From assembly GCF_009914755.1 (NCBI RefSeq), contig NC_060939.1: 64,000 bases of DNA; one strand, written 5' to 3'. This DNA is from the human T2T-CHM13v2.0 reference genome, Homo sapiens. Below are positions 13,231-28,250 of the stretch, piece after piece. Below the pieces are notes generated by a model, which worked only from the letters and a program-made list of their open reading frames with translations, did not search any database and was not told the origin of the DNA. The translations under genes were made by a program, and so were the position numbers. Positions within the stretch are counted from its first letter, which is position 1, and every line of letters begins with the position of its first letter.

Positions 13231-14589
13231 TAGTTGCCTCATACACTATCATGTCTGCTCCCACTAGAAGCACTGTAATTATTAAAGACATTAAACCTTT
13301 TCAGCTGAGGGCTTAAACACAACAGTGTTTTTGTTTTGTAACTTGTACTGAAAAAAATTATTCAATGCACTGCAAGGATCTGAAAAATCAAGTGAAAAAC
13401 TCATGGCACACCCATTTACTCATTCATACCAAGATTCATGCACAAACTACATTTTATTAAAAAGTTATTTACCAGATATTGTCTTTAATCGTCTAAGAAT
13501 ATACATATAAAAATATACCAATTTCCTAAAGGAAGTCTGTGAACATACTATATAACCAGCAGATCTGGACAAAAGTCCCTAAGGGACAAAATTACAGTGC
13601 CTTTTAAGCTGTTTCCTCTAATTCTCCCATCATACCAAGCCCTCACTTGACAGCAATGACGAAGTGGTTATGCATCCAGAAAGAGGAGAGAAAAAACAAA
13701 AACCCTAAGCTTAAAACTCTCCTCAGTTTTAGCTCCTGTGTTGTAGTGCCCAAGGCACTACATAAAATAAACCCTAAGAGGTAAAGTTTTCTCAGCCGTG
13801 AATATCAGAACTGATATGTACAGGTAGACATATCTTCCATTATGTTATTCAAACGTGTACTTACCAGCAAGAAAGACAGCAATCTAGATGTACAGCTAAT
13901 GGAAAGTGACACTGCTAAGTGCTTGTGGAGTGGATGTGTGGCTGTGTGTGTAATCACTCATGTCTGTATCTAAGAAGACAGAGCTGTGGCAAAAGTATAG
14001 TCTCATGGCTGGTATCTGTCAATTAGAGATCAATGCTCACTAATGCAACTGCCCCCATTTTCATTCTCAGCAGTGTTAAATGACACAATGTCACCAAACC
14101 ACCTAGGTAGATACAATTCTGAGAAGGTGTGGTATCTATCCACCCCAGCCTCTAACTCCTCACTGGGAAGTATGTGGGGAGAGAAATGATGAATGAGCAA
14201 AGATGGACAGGCGGAAGGTGTGGCCAGGCAGAGAAAGGCTGATGGCAAATCAAAAAGTAGCAGAGAGTGGGGAGCAAGCTCTGTAAGTCTGAACATTGAT
14301 GAGGAAAGCATCCATAGCCATCAGGCAACTGCAATGTAGTTTGCATTTCTAAAATCATGCTTAAATTCAAATAAAATAAAACAAATTTACAGTTGGAAAG
14401 AATCTTGTATATCTCCCCACCTACATGCTCATTTTATAGTTGAGAGAACCAAAACCCATGAAGATTGCAGTATTTCCAACATGCCCAGCTAGCAGCAAAG
14501 GCAGAACTAAAATCTAAGTTCTTTATGCTATTTAGAGAAAGATATTATTGCCAGTCTCGAGAATATTGAGGGCTAAGAGAGAAGCAGAC

Positions 14590-14735
14590 GTGAACAAGTT
14601 AAGAGCGTGGGTACAGGGCTTTAACATGTGGGCTAAATTCCTGGCTGTGACCTTTACTAATTATTTGACCTTGGTGAAGTTACCAAAACTCCCTGAGTCT
14701 TTTTCCCTCATCAATAAAATGAAGATAATAAGAAT
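14590..14735 (+). mobile_element. MIR
   Basis: tgaccttggtgaagttacc...ccctcatcaataaaatgaagataataa. Confidence 0.7.
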
Positions 14736-15542
14736 ATGTCTGATATTGAACTAGGCTCACAATTATTTTCTTTCAGAAGACTTTTCCTGGGCTGGGGGAT
14801 AGATAGATTTGATGGGAGAAGCAAGTAATTTCCTGTTTTAAGTAAAGAACTCTATATACAATGAGGGCATATCCAACATCACACAGTCATGTGAAAGGCT
14901 ATTTTTCTTTTGTCAGAGAAGATAAGGAGAATAACAATAAAGCTTATAAGAATTCAGTTGCACTGCAGTGCAGCAGATCCTAAATCTGTTCATGTTCCAA
15001 AAATAGAATTCACGTCATCAAATGCAACAGCTCCAAGTAAGTGGCTGATCATCTCTGGAAACAACAGCTCCTCAGGGTCGTTCATAGATACCCTATGATA
15101 CTCCTTCCCAGAAAGTCAAACATAGGAGCCTAGAGCCATGAATGGAACTATTTATAGTCATGCCTTTAAATGAAATAGCATTTTAAGGAAGTATATAAAT
15201 ATCTCTTTGATTATTTTATTAACCTCCTTCCACGGTTTTCTCCTGTGAAGAATACTAGTTGAGGGATGTGTATTACTCAGACTAGGAAACTTATGTGTGG
15301 CCATAGTTACACTGGATATTTTAACACTTGAAAAACAGGGGCACAGATGATGCTAACAATGGATAGAGCACCTAGGTAAGTCCTGATGCAGAAAAGATCA
15401 AGGAAAGAACAAATTTAGGAGATTGTAGGATTCACTGAGACATTAAAAGCCTCCGTCTACTCCCAGATAATAAATGCTCAAAACATTAGATGTTAGTACT
15501 TCAAATACTTAAGTGATCAAAAAATTTTAGTATGTTTGGTTA

Positions 15543-16159
<617 letters not shown>

Positions 16160-17090
16160 CCAAAAATATTATTGAAGAATAAGAATGCAAAAAAAAGTCA
16201 TATGGCATTCATTACAAGTAAATTTGAATAACATTTTCCCTTTTATGTCACATTATTCCAATTATTATGAGGATGGTTGCACCAGTGGGAAATCCAACTC
16301 TTGAAGACATATGATATAATTACTGGTTGTCTTAATAGCTAAGGAAGTAAAGTAGAGAAAAAATTACAAAATACTAAGCCCTGGATTATGAAATATATAA
16401 TAAATGATTTTTTTAAAAACTTCCTTTCCAAAAAGAAATGATCCTAGCAAACTCACAAAAAGGAATATACGTAACAAGGTAAATACCAAAAAAAAAAAAA
16501 GAAGGCACATTTACTATTAAATGTGATTGAGCATACACAATACAATTAAGAGACTGAAAATACAATATGGCTCTGAGTGTCCTTGCAACATAGTGAGAAT
16601 GAAAGGACATTCTTTATTTCATTCCTATCATCAAAAGGAAGAAACAAGCTGATCCCTGATGGCTGACAGAAGTTTTTGTGATATAAAATTCTGAGAAAAA
16701 CAGCTGTATAATCTTAGTTCCCACCTTTGCCTTAGCTCCATCCCAGGTGTTTGGTCTAACAATTATCTTTACACAATATTGTTGCCAGCACTAGAGCCAA
16801 TAAGGCTGGTCTAGTCGTCTGTCAATAACCTTTGCCCTTCTAACCAGAAAAGTCTGGATATTACCTTGATTGCCCAATGATCTGGAATTAAAGTGATGAA
16901 CTCTTCATCAGAGCTGCTAAGAAATGGCCTCTATAACACATCCAGATTCGTAAATCGCCACCTTTTGCCCGAGTGTCTTAGGCACCAGAGTTTTCCTATC
17001 TCCCTTCCTCCACCAGTCATTAGTACTGAGAAGGAGTCCTGTACTTTACTCCAGCACCGGATTTATCACTTTCTCTCCCAACAAATCTAC

Positions 17091-17388
17091 TTTTTTTTTT
17101 TTCTTAGACAGGGTCTCACTATATCATCTAGGCTGGAGTGCTGTGGTGCGATCCTGGATCACTGCAGCCTTGACCTCCCGGGCTCAGGTGACAAGTGATC
17201 TTCCCACCTCAGCCTCCCAAGTAGCTGGGACCACATGCACCACCATGCCCAGCTATTTATTTTTGTATCTTTGGATTTTGGTTTTACCATTTTGCCCAGG
17301 CTAGTATCGAACCCCTAGGCTAAAGCAATCCGCCAGCCTTGGCTTTCCAAAGTGCTGGGATTACAGGCATGCACCAACTCGCCTCGCT
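17091..17388 (-). mobile_element. AluJ
   Basis: Poly(T), agacagggtctcact..., gcagccttgacctcccgggctcagg. Confidence 0.93.
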
Positions 17389-17498
17389 GCCCCATTTTTA
17401 TTTACACATACTTCAGACTGGTTGATAATGTCCCATAGGTCACTGGGGCTCTGGTAATTTTTTTCAGTCCAGAAATCACCTCAGTAGAAAGCATAGGT

Positions 17499-17820
17499 AG
17501 CCGGGCACAGCGGCTCATGCCTGTAATCCCAGCACTTTGGGAGGCCGAGGTGGGTGGATCACTTAAGCTCACGAGTTCAAGACCAGCCTTGGTGACATGG
17601 CAAAACCCCATCTCTACTAAAAAAAATACAAAAATCAGCCAAGCCTGGTGGCCTGCGCCTGTGGTGCCAGCTACTTGGGAGGCTGAGGTGGGAGGATCAC
17701 TTGTTACTTGAGCCTGGGAGGTTGAGGCTGCAGTGAGCCAAGATCACACCACTGCACTACAGCCTGGATGACAGAGTGAGACCCTGTCTTAAAAAAAAAA
17801 AAAAGAGAGAGAGAGAGAGA
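17499..17820 (+). mobile_element. AluJ with poly(A)/(GA)n tail
   Basis: ggaggatcactt...gagcctgggaggttgaggctgcagtgag; (GA)n at about 17804-17820. Confidence 0.94.
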
Positions 17821-17824
17821 TGGG

Positions 17825-18710
17825 CTAAAAGGAGCAGAAAAATACTTAAAGAAGTATTGGCTTCAATTTTCCAAATTTGAAGAAAATTATTAACCCACAG
17901 ATCACAGTAGCTCAATGACTCCCCAGCAGGATAAATACAAAGAAAACTACAATAAATAAACTGGAAAATCAGTGATAAAAAGACAATTATAAAAGTGGAC
18001 AAGGAAAAAATATTATGTATAGAAAACTAAAGAATCACTAGACTTCTCAGAACATGCAGCCCAAAAGACAGTGGAAAGAGAACTTTAAAGTGTCGAAACC
18101 ACCTTAGGGAAAAATAGTGGGGAGGAGGGCAGACAGAGAGATAAACAGAGAACTTCCATAATGATAAAAGAGTCACTTCATCAAAAAGACATAACATGCC
18201 TACATTTTCATTATTTGTACCTCGCATTAATAACAGAACTTCAAAATACATGAAGCAAAACTATCAGAACTGAAATAATTACATAAATAGACACATATTT
18301 GGAGATGTCAATATTCCTTTCTTAGTAATTACAACAGCTTGACAGAAAATCAGTACAGATATAGAAAAACTAAACATTACCCATCAATTTTACCTCACAT
18401 TTATAACACACTCCATTCACAGTAACTGTAGAATATGTATTTTTGCAAGTACATATGGAATTTATCAAAATAGACTGCACACTGGGCCACAAAACAAGTC
18501 TCAATGAATTTAAAAGGATCAAAATCATATGAAATATATTCATTGGCTACAATGGAATTAAATTAGGTACTGATAACAGAAAATTATTCGGAAAATCCCA
18601 AAAACTTGGAAATGAGACCATACACTTCAAAATAACTCATAGGTCAAAGAAGAATCACAAAGGAAATTAGAAAATATTTGGAACACAGCTAATTCAATAA
18701 TCAGAGAGAA
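17825..18710 (+). mobile_element. Old L1M fragment (ORF1 and ORF2 endonuclease remnants)
   Basis: A-rich strand; gacagaaaatcagtacagatatagaa, ctgggccacaaaacaagtctcaa, ggtcaaagaagaatcacaaaggaaattagaaaata. Confidence 0.8.
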
Positions 18711-19199
18711 ACTGATAGCCTTACTTCATGCTGAGTGACTGTCCTCCCCCAATAGGGCTGATGGCATTTCTCCTCCGGACTGGGGGAGATGTCAGGCATA
18801 ACTGATGCATGATTAACTCATAGCAAAGTGGATTCAGTGACCACATGCTTCCTGAATGCTGAATGCTGAGGCCTGAGCTCCCACCTCCCCCTCTCTAGGC
18901 TTCCAGAACACTTGTCTTCTCTAAAACTAGGCACACACTACAACATTATTCTAAGAGAAACATGACCAGCTCAAGAGAAAGAACTGGGAGACAATGACAC
19001 AGGAGGTTCCTCAATCAACAGCCAGGCCTGATCACCCTACAGTGATGTTCAAATCCAGTATTCTTACACAGGCACTCAGGGCTTTCAGTTAGCTTTTTAG
19101 TACCCACACCTCACGCAGGTAGACAACCAATGATTATGAGACAGCGGAGGAGAATTTCTAACATAAAGAGCAGGTAAAAGAGTAACAGGAGGATGAGGT

Positions 19200-19842
<643 letters not shown>

Positions 19843-20915
19843 TAATTGGCATCAGGAATCATGTTTATTTCCTACCTTCTAGCACTTCTGTATGTATCAC
19901 TAAGGCATCTAGGGTGATTGCTACATGATGCTCACCATGCTCAATTAGAATAATAGCAGCAATGTGATGTGCCAGTATAATCTTTTGAGAGCTATCAAGA
20001 TCAGCAAACTCCTTTCAGAATGTATCATGAAAGAGAATAGGAAAATTGTCATAACCCTAAAAGAAGACAGTGATGGTACAGTGCCGTTCTTTCCAGGATG
20101 AATTGATATGAAAATAAAGCATTTGTAAATCAATAAATGCATATTAGATTTAAGGAGCTGTGTTGATATATTTGGTAGGGATATCATATCTGAAACAGCA
20201 CCTGCAATTGGCATCCCCATTTATGTTTCCAATAATCCAGTCATTCTCTAAAAGTCATCTAGTTTTCTCACTAAACAAAAAGGAATTTAAGTGGGAATAT
20301 GGTATGAGTTACCATTTCTGCATTTTTCCAAGCTTTGAGGTAGCATAAATCTCTGCAATTTCTCCAGCACATGTCTTTCTCCCAGAATACACAGCTGTGG
20401 GACTCAAAAGAGGAGGTGAGACTGGCCCTTTTTACTATTATACCTAATAAATCATTTGCATAACTTTTGCTTCCTGTCATTGCAACTTTGGGCTTGGTGG
20501 GTTTGGAGGTCTTCGTGTCCAAAAGAGGAATGCTTCCAGTAGGGAACTTAGCCATCATTCCACTCAACAGGAAGCTGAGAGTGCTTCTTGGCCATTTTAG
20601 TTTCTTATACATTAGAGACACATTTATTTAGTTTTAGTGCCTAACGAAATGAATCTTTTTGGTAGAATAGAATATTTTGAACTGAGCCTAGAGTCTTAAA
20701 CTTTCACAGTAAAAAAAAAAAAAAAAAAGGTAGGAAATATAAAACTGCACATTTGGAAAAATAATATAGTATATGAATGCCTCAATAAATGAATGTCCTC
20801 ATATCAATATTAAGATAACACAGGGAAGCTATTGTGAAACAAATACACTCAAAGGTTTCTGGTAAAGGAGTAAATTGGTCTACAACTTTGAAAAGATATT
20901 TGGCAATATCTGAAA

Positions 20916-21132
20916 CGGGGGTTGACACCTATGCCCGAAGGCCAAATACAGCCTACTGCCTGTTTTGTACATTTTTACATTTTTAAAGGAGGAAAGGGAG
21001 GAGGAGGGGAGGGGTCAAGATGGGGAGAGGGAAAAAGAGGAAGAGAAGCAGTTGCAGCAACAGAGGTCTTACGGCCCACAAAGTCAAAAATATTTACTAT
21101 TTGGTTTTACAGAAGAAGTTTTCAAACCCCTG
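20916..21132. mobile_element. MER58-like hAT-Charlie DNA transposon with an internal GA-rich tract
   Basis: ggccaaatacagcctactgcctgttttgta...ggcccacaaagtcaaaaatatttactatttgg...aacccctg. Confidence 0.75.
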
Positions 21133-21844
21133 TTCTAAAATATTAAACATATTCATATCCTTTAACCAATAAAAATCCACTTGTGTGAATCTATCCTTCT
21201 GTGAATTTAAGTAAATGGAAGCTAATCATAAAGAATCATCATCGTTGTTATTTGAGATCTATTACAAATATACAAGGTATCCACCAAAATATAATCTATG
21301 ACAGAAAAAAGTGGGAAACAAAACACCATCGATTGTGATATAGTCATTACTGTGGAATATTATATAATTATTTAAAATCATGTTTCCAAAGAATATGTAA
21401 TACATAAGAAAATGTTCACAATATGACATCAAGTATGAAATACAATTCTTACCCTGATTTTAAACACATAAAAGAGATCAAAATGTTAGCAACAAGTTTC
21501 TTCTTTATATTTTTCTGTACTTTCTACCGTTTTTTCAATGGACTTTCTAAATTTCATTTAGAAAATGAAGCAACTATTAATTTTATAATCAGAAAACAAT
21601 AAAAATAAGTAAAAAGGTAGAAAATGGATTTGAACAAGCCTTAACCACCAAAGGATGGTAAGACACTGAAAATCATCTGTAAATTGAAGCTGCATGTCGA
21701 GCCAAATCTGGCACTGACTATCTGCCAATGATGTATTATTTCAAGATGTGCAAGTTGAGTATACTGGAGGAGGTTGGCGATTTGGTAAATTCAGTTAATG
21801 GTATTCTAATTTCAAACTATACTTACCTACATAATCCTGTAATC

Positions 21845-22044
21845 TAGGGGTGTCTAATCTTTTGGCTTCCCTGGGCCACATTGGAAGAAAAATTGTCTTT
21901 AGCCACATGTAAGATACACTAACACTAACAATAGCTGATGAGCTTAAGAAAAAAAAAAATCACAAAAAATGTTTTAAGCAAAGTTTATGAATTTGTATTG
22001 GGTCACATTCAAAGCTGCCCTGGGATAGGAGTTGGACAAGCTTG
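21845..22044. mobile_element. MER30 DNA transposon
   Basis: aggggtgtctaatcttttggcttccctgggccacattggaagaa...gttggacaagcttg. Confidence 0.85.
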
Positions 22045-23699
22045 CTGTAATTCTTCATGGTAATCCCTGCCCCCTAACTCAAATCCCAGTCTGAAGCACA
22101 AAATAAATTCTATTTTAAACCAAAAATACAGCTATTTTTACCTGCCATTCTTTGGCAGCATGAGATCTAACAACAAGAGACTTTATGTCATTGTTTTAAA
22201 TCCTATCCCATCGGTCCTATGATTATGACATTTCCCTTCTCATAGACCTTCAACAACTTCTTGTTGCATACAGAATAGAACCCAAATTCTTTGGTTGGAT
22301 AGGGAGACCATTTATGCTTGGCTTTCACATATTCTTCTGAATCCCCATCTATAACCCCACATAGGTATCCCGGCTTCCAGCTGTACTGGGCTGCTTTCCA
22401 TTCCTCATAATACACTTCCTTGTCTATTCACTTTATTTGGACTGACTGTATACCAGTATCTGAAAGACAAGTGCTACCCATCCTTCAGCACCCTCCTTAA
22501 ATTTCAATTCCTCTACCAAGTTTACTTGTGTCTTCCAAACTAAGTTTATCTCCCCTTTTCTATTCTTTTGGGTGTACTCTGTACATGTATGATACTACAG
22601 CATGTGACGCTCCGTTATGTGCTAATTTATTTTATGTGTATCTGCTTTACCATAAAGCTGAGTCTTCAGAGGTTTTCCCCTATATCAGGACCTGTGTCTT
22701 TGTAAGTATTACTGAGCAAGTTCCAGAAGCATTCATACTCAAATTCAAAGACATAATTTCCCCCTTAATTTTCAATGAAAGAAGGAGCTATTGTTGAAAT
22801 GAGAAGATGTGCTAGGGAGGGATGTAAATAGAGGAGTAAAACATTGGGGAGCAGAAAGATAAAAGTTTTCTTTCAAACTCCAAAGCTAGACTATTCTCAT
22901 AAAACTAAATTTAAGTAAATGGAAGCTAGTGTTCCATCAGGTAGAAGGTGAACCCAGTCTTAAGTCACCCCTAAATGACCAGATTTCTTCTCTCCATCCT
23001 TCCTCATTCTTTCTTCTTTTCCTCTCTCCCTCCTTCTCCCTGTCTTCTCTTTCTTCTTGACAAGCAAAGATTCCACCATAAATTTAAATGATATTGGGTA
23101 TTATGGAGACCACAATGGCAGGAAAAGCCCATGGAGTTTGCCTCGTGGGTTATATATGACCCATGAGCAAACACAAAGGAAATGATGTCTTTCTGCTTTT
23201 TAATCCTTTCATAAACCTCCTAAAGTTGGGAGACAGATTATGGAAACATTGACTGACATTGGTTTTATTTCATTTCCACAAGATGAAAATTTATAATAAA
23301 ACTTTCTCATATGGGTATTCAGTGTAAAGAAATGTACTTTTAGCAAATTTTCAAACCATGGAACTAATTAGGCCTTCTCTGATATTCCTGTTTAAAATAG
23401 ATGTCTCCAGTGGTTATTTTCATGGCAATCTGATTTTTCCTCCATAGAATGTCTTTAATTTATTTTTTATTTGTCTTTAGGATGCAGGAAAAGGCTTAAT
23501 GGGGCAGAACCTTACTTGCCTTCTCCAGTACCAGGCACTCCAGCATCTGACACAGTGCCTGTGTTTAGTAGATATATAATAATATCTGTTGAATACAATA
23601 ATTGTTGAATATACATTACATGAACAGTTTTATGTTCAGAACATCCAGGTTTTTCAGGTGATAAGATCTACTCTTTTTTATCAGTCCTAATGAACACTT

Positions 23700-23950
23700 A
23701 CTATTGAGCTTAGCATAGACTCTGTAGCAGAACAGTTTTGGTTTAAATCTCAGCTCCAACCTCTTACTAGCCAAGAGACCTTGGCAATTTGTTTAACCTC
23801 TCTATGTCCCAGTCTCCTCTGTGAAAGGGGGAAATAATGGTTCTCACCTTCTGGAGTTACTATAAAGATTAAAGAGTTAATATTATACAATGGACTCAGA
23901 GCAGTGCCTGGCACCTATAGTACATAAACACTGGCTGTTAGAATTATTAC
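23700..23950 (+). mobile_element. MIR
   Basis: gaccttggcaatttgtttaacctctctatgtcccagtctcctctgtgaaagggggaaataat...agtgcctggcac. Confidence 0.85.
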
Positions 23951-26760
23951 TCTCTGCTCAGTGCTGAATTAGACCCTGTAGAGGGCAAAAAGGTAGAATG
24001 AGACAGAGCTCCATTTCTCCAAAGGATTCACTTTCGAGTTCCAATGAATGGTTCAACAAATGTGTTCTCTAATTTTATCCATTGTGAAATATTTGAAATG
24101 TTGTTTCTCATCCTCCCTTCAAACTAAAATATACCAAAGGAGAAAAACAAAAACCCTAATCCACCAAAATGAGCTTCATTTTGTCATGTAGAAGAGTATT
24201 TAAGGTGCCAGGGTCTTTTCAGAATGTTTTGTTCAGCAAAGTTATCATGGTTTCTATTCTATTACACCTTGAATTTATTTGGTCAAGCTTAAAATTAACC
24301 CAAATCATCTTTAATTTAGGAACCTGTTTTTAGCATCTTATCACTATCTGAAAATTGCCCTTTTCTTCCCCCTGAGGTAATTTCAAATGTTATTTTACCA
24401 TGCCTTGGGGGCATAATCCTACCAGAAAATACAGCTCCAATTTAAAATGCAAGTCAGAAGAAAAATCAATTTACTAAAAGAAAATTAACTTCATCGGCAA
24501 AATTTTCAGGAAGGAACTGATCCTTAAAGTTAACAAAATCTGTACTAAGAATAAAATTGAGTTCATCATATATTTGTCAGCTGAAAAAAACTTTTATCAA
24601 TACAGTCAAGTGCATGATAAACATTCCCTAAAACGACTTCACCAAATGATAAAATAGAAACTTTTGAGACTCACATTGGTAAGAAATGATAAGATGCACA
24701 AATTTGTCAATAATGGCTTCAAAACAACAAAGAGCATTAGACTGAACTGTATGGTGCTGACAAGTATTTCAGGAGTCATGTTTTTACTTTGGGCTTAAAT
24801 TTTACTTATAAATATGTAAGTGGACTTTCTTGCCAAATTTTCACGATTTACAATTTAAAATGAGTCACAACAGTGACTTGTTGCTAAGGAATAGAAGCAC
24901 CAAATAATTTATTTTCTTTTTATTTGAAATGACAATTATATGTATTACTGATAGAGATGCAGGAAGTTTGAAAGCCACAACCACCCTGGTATGTGGTTGG
25001 GGAAAATGATACAACAGAGGACTCACTCAGCACAACTGAAACATGAGATGAACCTAAGATAGCGCCAGTCACTGAGAACTCAATCAGCTAAAGGAAATGA
25101 AAATAAAATTACTAGGGAAGCTAGTAATACGTATGTATTCCTGAAGCAATGTTTTCCACCTAATGTAATTCTCAAATAGTTTTGTGATTTTCCATGGAGC
25201 CAAGGATTGTGTGAATTAACTGAAAAAGAAAAAAGAGTAAAGGAAAAATGAGATAATTTGATATAAATTTGTAAAGGTATTACTTTACTAAAGGGATTTG
25301 ACACTACTTTCTTTGCAGAAATTAAAATATATCATTTCTATGTTAAAAACAATGCTAATTTCAGTCTTAATATTTGCACCATCCAAAGAAAGAGCAAAAA
25401 GCTGAATCTAATTGGTGGTGATTTCTGTGATAAGCAATAAGCAAAAGATAGAATGACCCTCTCCCTCTCCAAGAGCTCTGAGAGGTGGTGGAGATGCCCT
25501 GGGATGTGGCACTTTGCAAGCTGGGGAGCTATCTCACTACATAGTACATGCTCTGGTCTGACACAATCTCTCTCACTGTCTTCAAAGAGGGGATGAGCAA
25601 CCAAAGGGTTAATATTAAACATTTTTTTCCCCTGGCTGTAATGATTCTAAGACAGGTGCTCTCTGTGCTCTGGATGTTTCATTACTAAATGGAGCTATGT
25701 CCCCACTGGTCAGAACTGGGGAGCAGGGGTCATCCCTCAGAATTAGAAACAAAGACTTTCCTTGGGCCACTTTGAGATCCTCCTGTCAAGAAAAAAATAA
25801 AACGGACAATAAAAGGGTAGGGGTTGCAATTAATAGCTAGCATAATTTACCCTATTAAAAATAGGATTGTAGGGGATTTGGTGGGGTATCAGAGGAATCT
25901 AGAGGATAATTTAGCAGAAGACTCCCATAATATTATCTAGATGGACTGTCAATGGTTCAGACTTCTCAGAAATAAACGGTTGTCTTCACCAAAGAATCCA
26001 GACCAGCTGAAATGCTGCCTAAAGGCAAGGCTGACTTGAAATGGGTAATGACTGGGGAAAGGTTTACAGACTATATGGCTTTGAGATCAGGCGGAAAAAT
26101 AGGGAATCTTGACTAAAACTGTATTTTCTTATGTACTGTTTGGATATCTAAAGATTAATTACTTCCTGTTTTCTCTTTCAAAAAATATCTACTTTTCCTT
26201 TTCTTCACTTTTTTTTGGTCTCACTACTGGGATATATTATTTACAATAAAAGTATCCATTGATTCATAAGGTTATAAAATGTTGTAATAGGACAAGAAAA
26301 AAAAAACTTCTCAGCAACGACTCAAAGAACAGGGTGCCTATGGCATCACTCCAGATCTCATTACTGTCTGAGCTTGTACTGTCTCCTATTAGTGAGAAAG
26401 GGTTTGCAGTTATGCCTGGTAGAGCTGAGTCTGCTGCTCTTTGATGTGTAGCATGAAGGGGTGAAAGCTGGAAAGTACCCCTTAGAATGGCTGTCCATCC
26501 CATGATTGTTCTGCCTTCTCTCGGAACTGCTCCCAGTACATAAGGGGAGGCTCTGAGCAGCCATGTCTCAACCTGATCTGGAGTCGCTGGATCTGAATCT
26601 TATAAATGGCAGAAAATATCCAGGAACTTTTGCTTATGGGATTCTCAGTACTTCCTGGTTGCCACCTGGCCCAATATTACTATTCAATTTTTCTTTGCTT
26701 CTTAACATACCATAATGTTCTGTAAATAAATTCCTATTTTGATTACAGCTAACCAGAATC

Positions 26761-26800
26761 CACACACACACACACACACGCACGCACACACACACAGACA
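26761..26800. repeat. (CA)n microsatellite, interrupted
   Basis: cacacacacacacacacacgcacgcacacacacacagaca. Confidence 0.95.
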
Positions 26801-27049
26801 CAAAACGCTAAGCAACGAGAATGCCAAAATTTCATTTGGCATTGTCTCTGTGGCCTTTTTTTTAAAGTCAGCTTTCTTCAATGTGTACATGATTCTACAA
26901 AAGTGTATAAACATCATTTAAATCTATTAGCTTTTAGAGGAATTTTGAGTCATTCTGATATATCCCCAAATTTTCATCATCTCATGGAACTTCTCAGGAG
27001 CATCCAGCAGGGTTGAATGCATACTTTTTCTTGAAGTTCCTTTTCAGAA

Positions 27050-28250
27050 AACACTCTTTCCATCCAAGTTCTCCTGAGTTCACTGTTCACTCTTCAGTTG
27101 CCTTGCTGGCTCCTCATCCTTCTAAATCAGTGTTCTAAATCTCAGCACCATTGAAATTTTGGGCCAGATAACTGTTTTCTGTGGGAGGATGACCTTTGCA
27201 CTGTACAATAGGATGTTCAGCAGCATCCCTTGACCTCTACTCACTAGTTAATAGTAGCATCCCCTCCCCAATCCCTTGGCCAACTAAAATCTCTGAAATC
27301 GCCCCTAGTTGAGAAGCACTGCTCTAAATGTTTCAGCACCCCAAAGATATGTGCAGAATCTTCTCTGTCTTCATTCACTCCATCTGTCATCTCATTCAGT
27401 CTCAGTTTTAAATATCATCTCAGCTCTAGTGACTTCCAAATTAATGTATCTGGCCATAAGCTCTCGCCCTATCTCATACAGGCACCCAAGTACTCTACTC
27501 ATTGCTTGGCTAATACTCATTCCAAACTCTTTATTTTCCTTCTAACTTTGTTCTTCCCCCAGTCTTTCCCACCTAATTAAATAGCTCTCAGTTTCTAAGA
27601 TTAAAACCTGCTTCATCCTTGAGTCCTCTCTTTCCCTCACATTCTGCCTAAATTTTATAAGCAAGACCTGTTTGCTCTACCACCAAACAGTATCCCAAAT
27701 CTGACCACTTCACACATCATTACCACCTCAGTCTACGCCACTACCTCTCTCATCTGGGCAAGTGGAAAAAATCTCCCAGCTCTTCTTCCTTCTTCCACTC
27801 GTGCCTAGACACAATACTCTCCACAAAGCATGCCAACGATCTTTTAAAAATGTCACACCATTCCTCAGATCAAAATCCTCCAGTGGCTTCCCATCATAGT
27901 TAAAATAAAATGCAAATCCCTGGCCTTAAAGAACATCACTGGACTTGATCCCCGCCTATCACTTTCTCCCCATCTCCTAACCTCTCCCTTACTTCATTCC
28001 AGCCACCCTCACCTTCTTGCTGTTTTGTAATGACACCAACCTCATTCCTGCCTTTGGCATTTACACTGGTGTTTTCTTGGCTAAGATGTTCCCCAGGCTG
28101 TTAAATGGCTGATTTCTTCACATCACTCAAGTTCAAGTTCATGCTCAAATATCCTTCGAGCAGAAAGGCTTTCTTGTCACTGCCTTTTTGCCAACAAGCT
28201 CTCTAGTATTTTACCCATCGTACTTATCATTACCTGAAACTAAATAATGA
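27050..28250 (+). mobile_element. L2 fragment interrupted by MER20
   Basis: Pyrimidine-rich L2-like sequence (ccttgagtcctctctttccctcac, caaaatcctccagtggcttccca). Confidence 0.75.
27128..27321. mobile_element. MER20 hAT-Charlie DNA transposon
   Basis: Terminal inverted repeats cagtgttct... / ...gagaagcactg; 8-bp TSD (t/c)tctaaat at 27120-27127 and 27322-27329. Confidence 0.85.

Noticed and set aside
12616-13233. 205-aa plus-strand ORF, the longest in the track
   Set aside because: GTG start, mostly inside an MLT1 LTR, no recognisable domain, antisense to FMN1.
16893-17029. Possible C/D snoRNA (GTGATGA ... CTGA)
   Set aside because: No terminal stem, antisense to the host gene, no recognisable guide sequence.
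21815-21830. Isolated strong minus-strand donors (also near 7567 and 36525)
   Set aside because: I did not identify a matching acceptor or open frame; such motifs are common in long introns.
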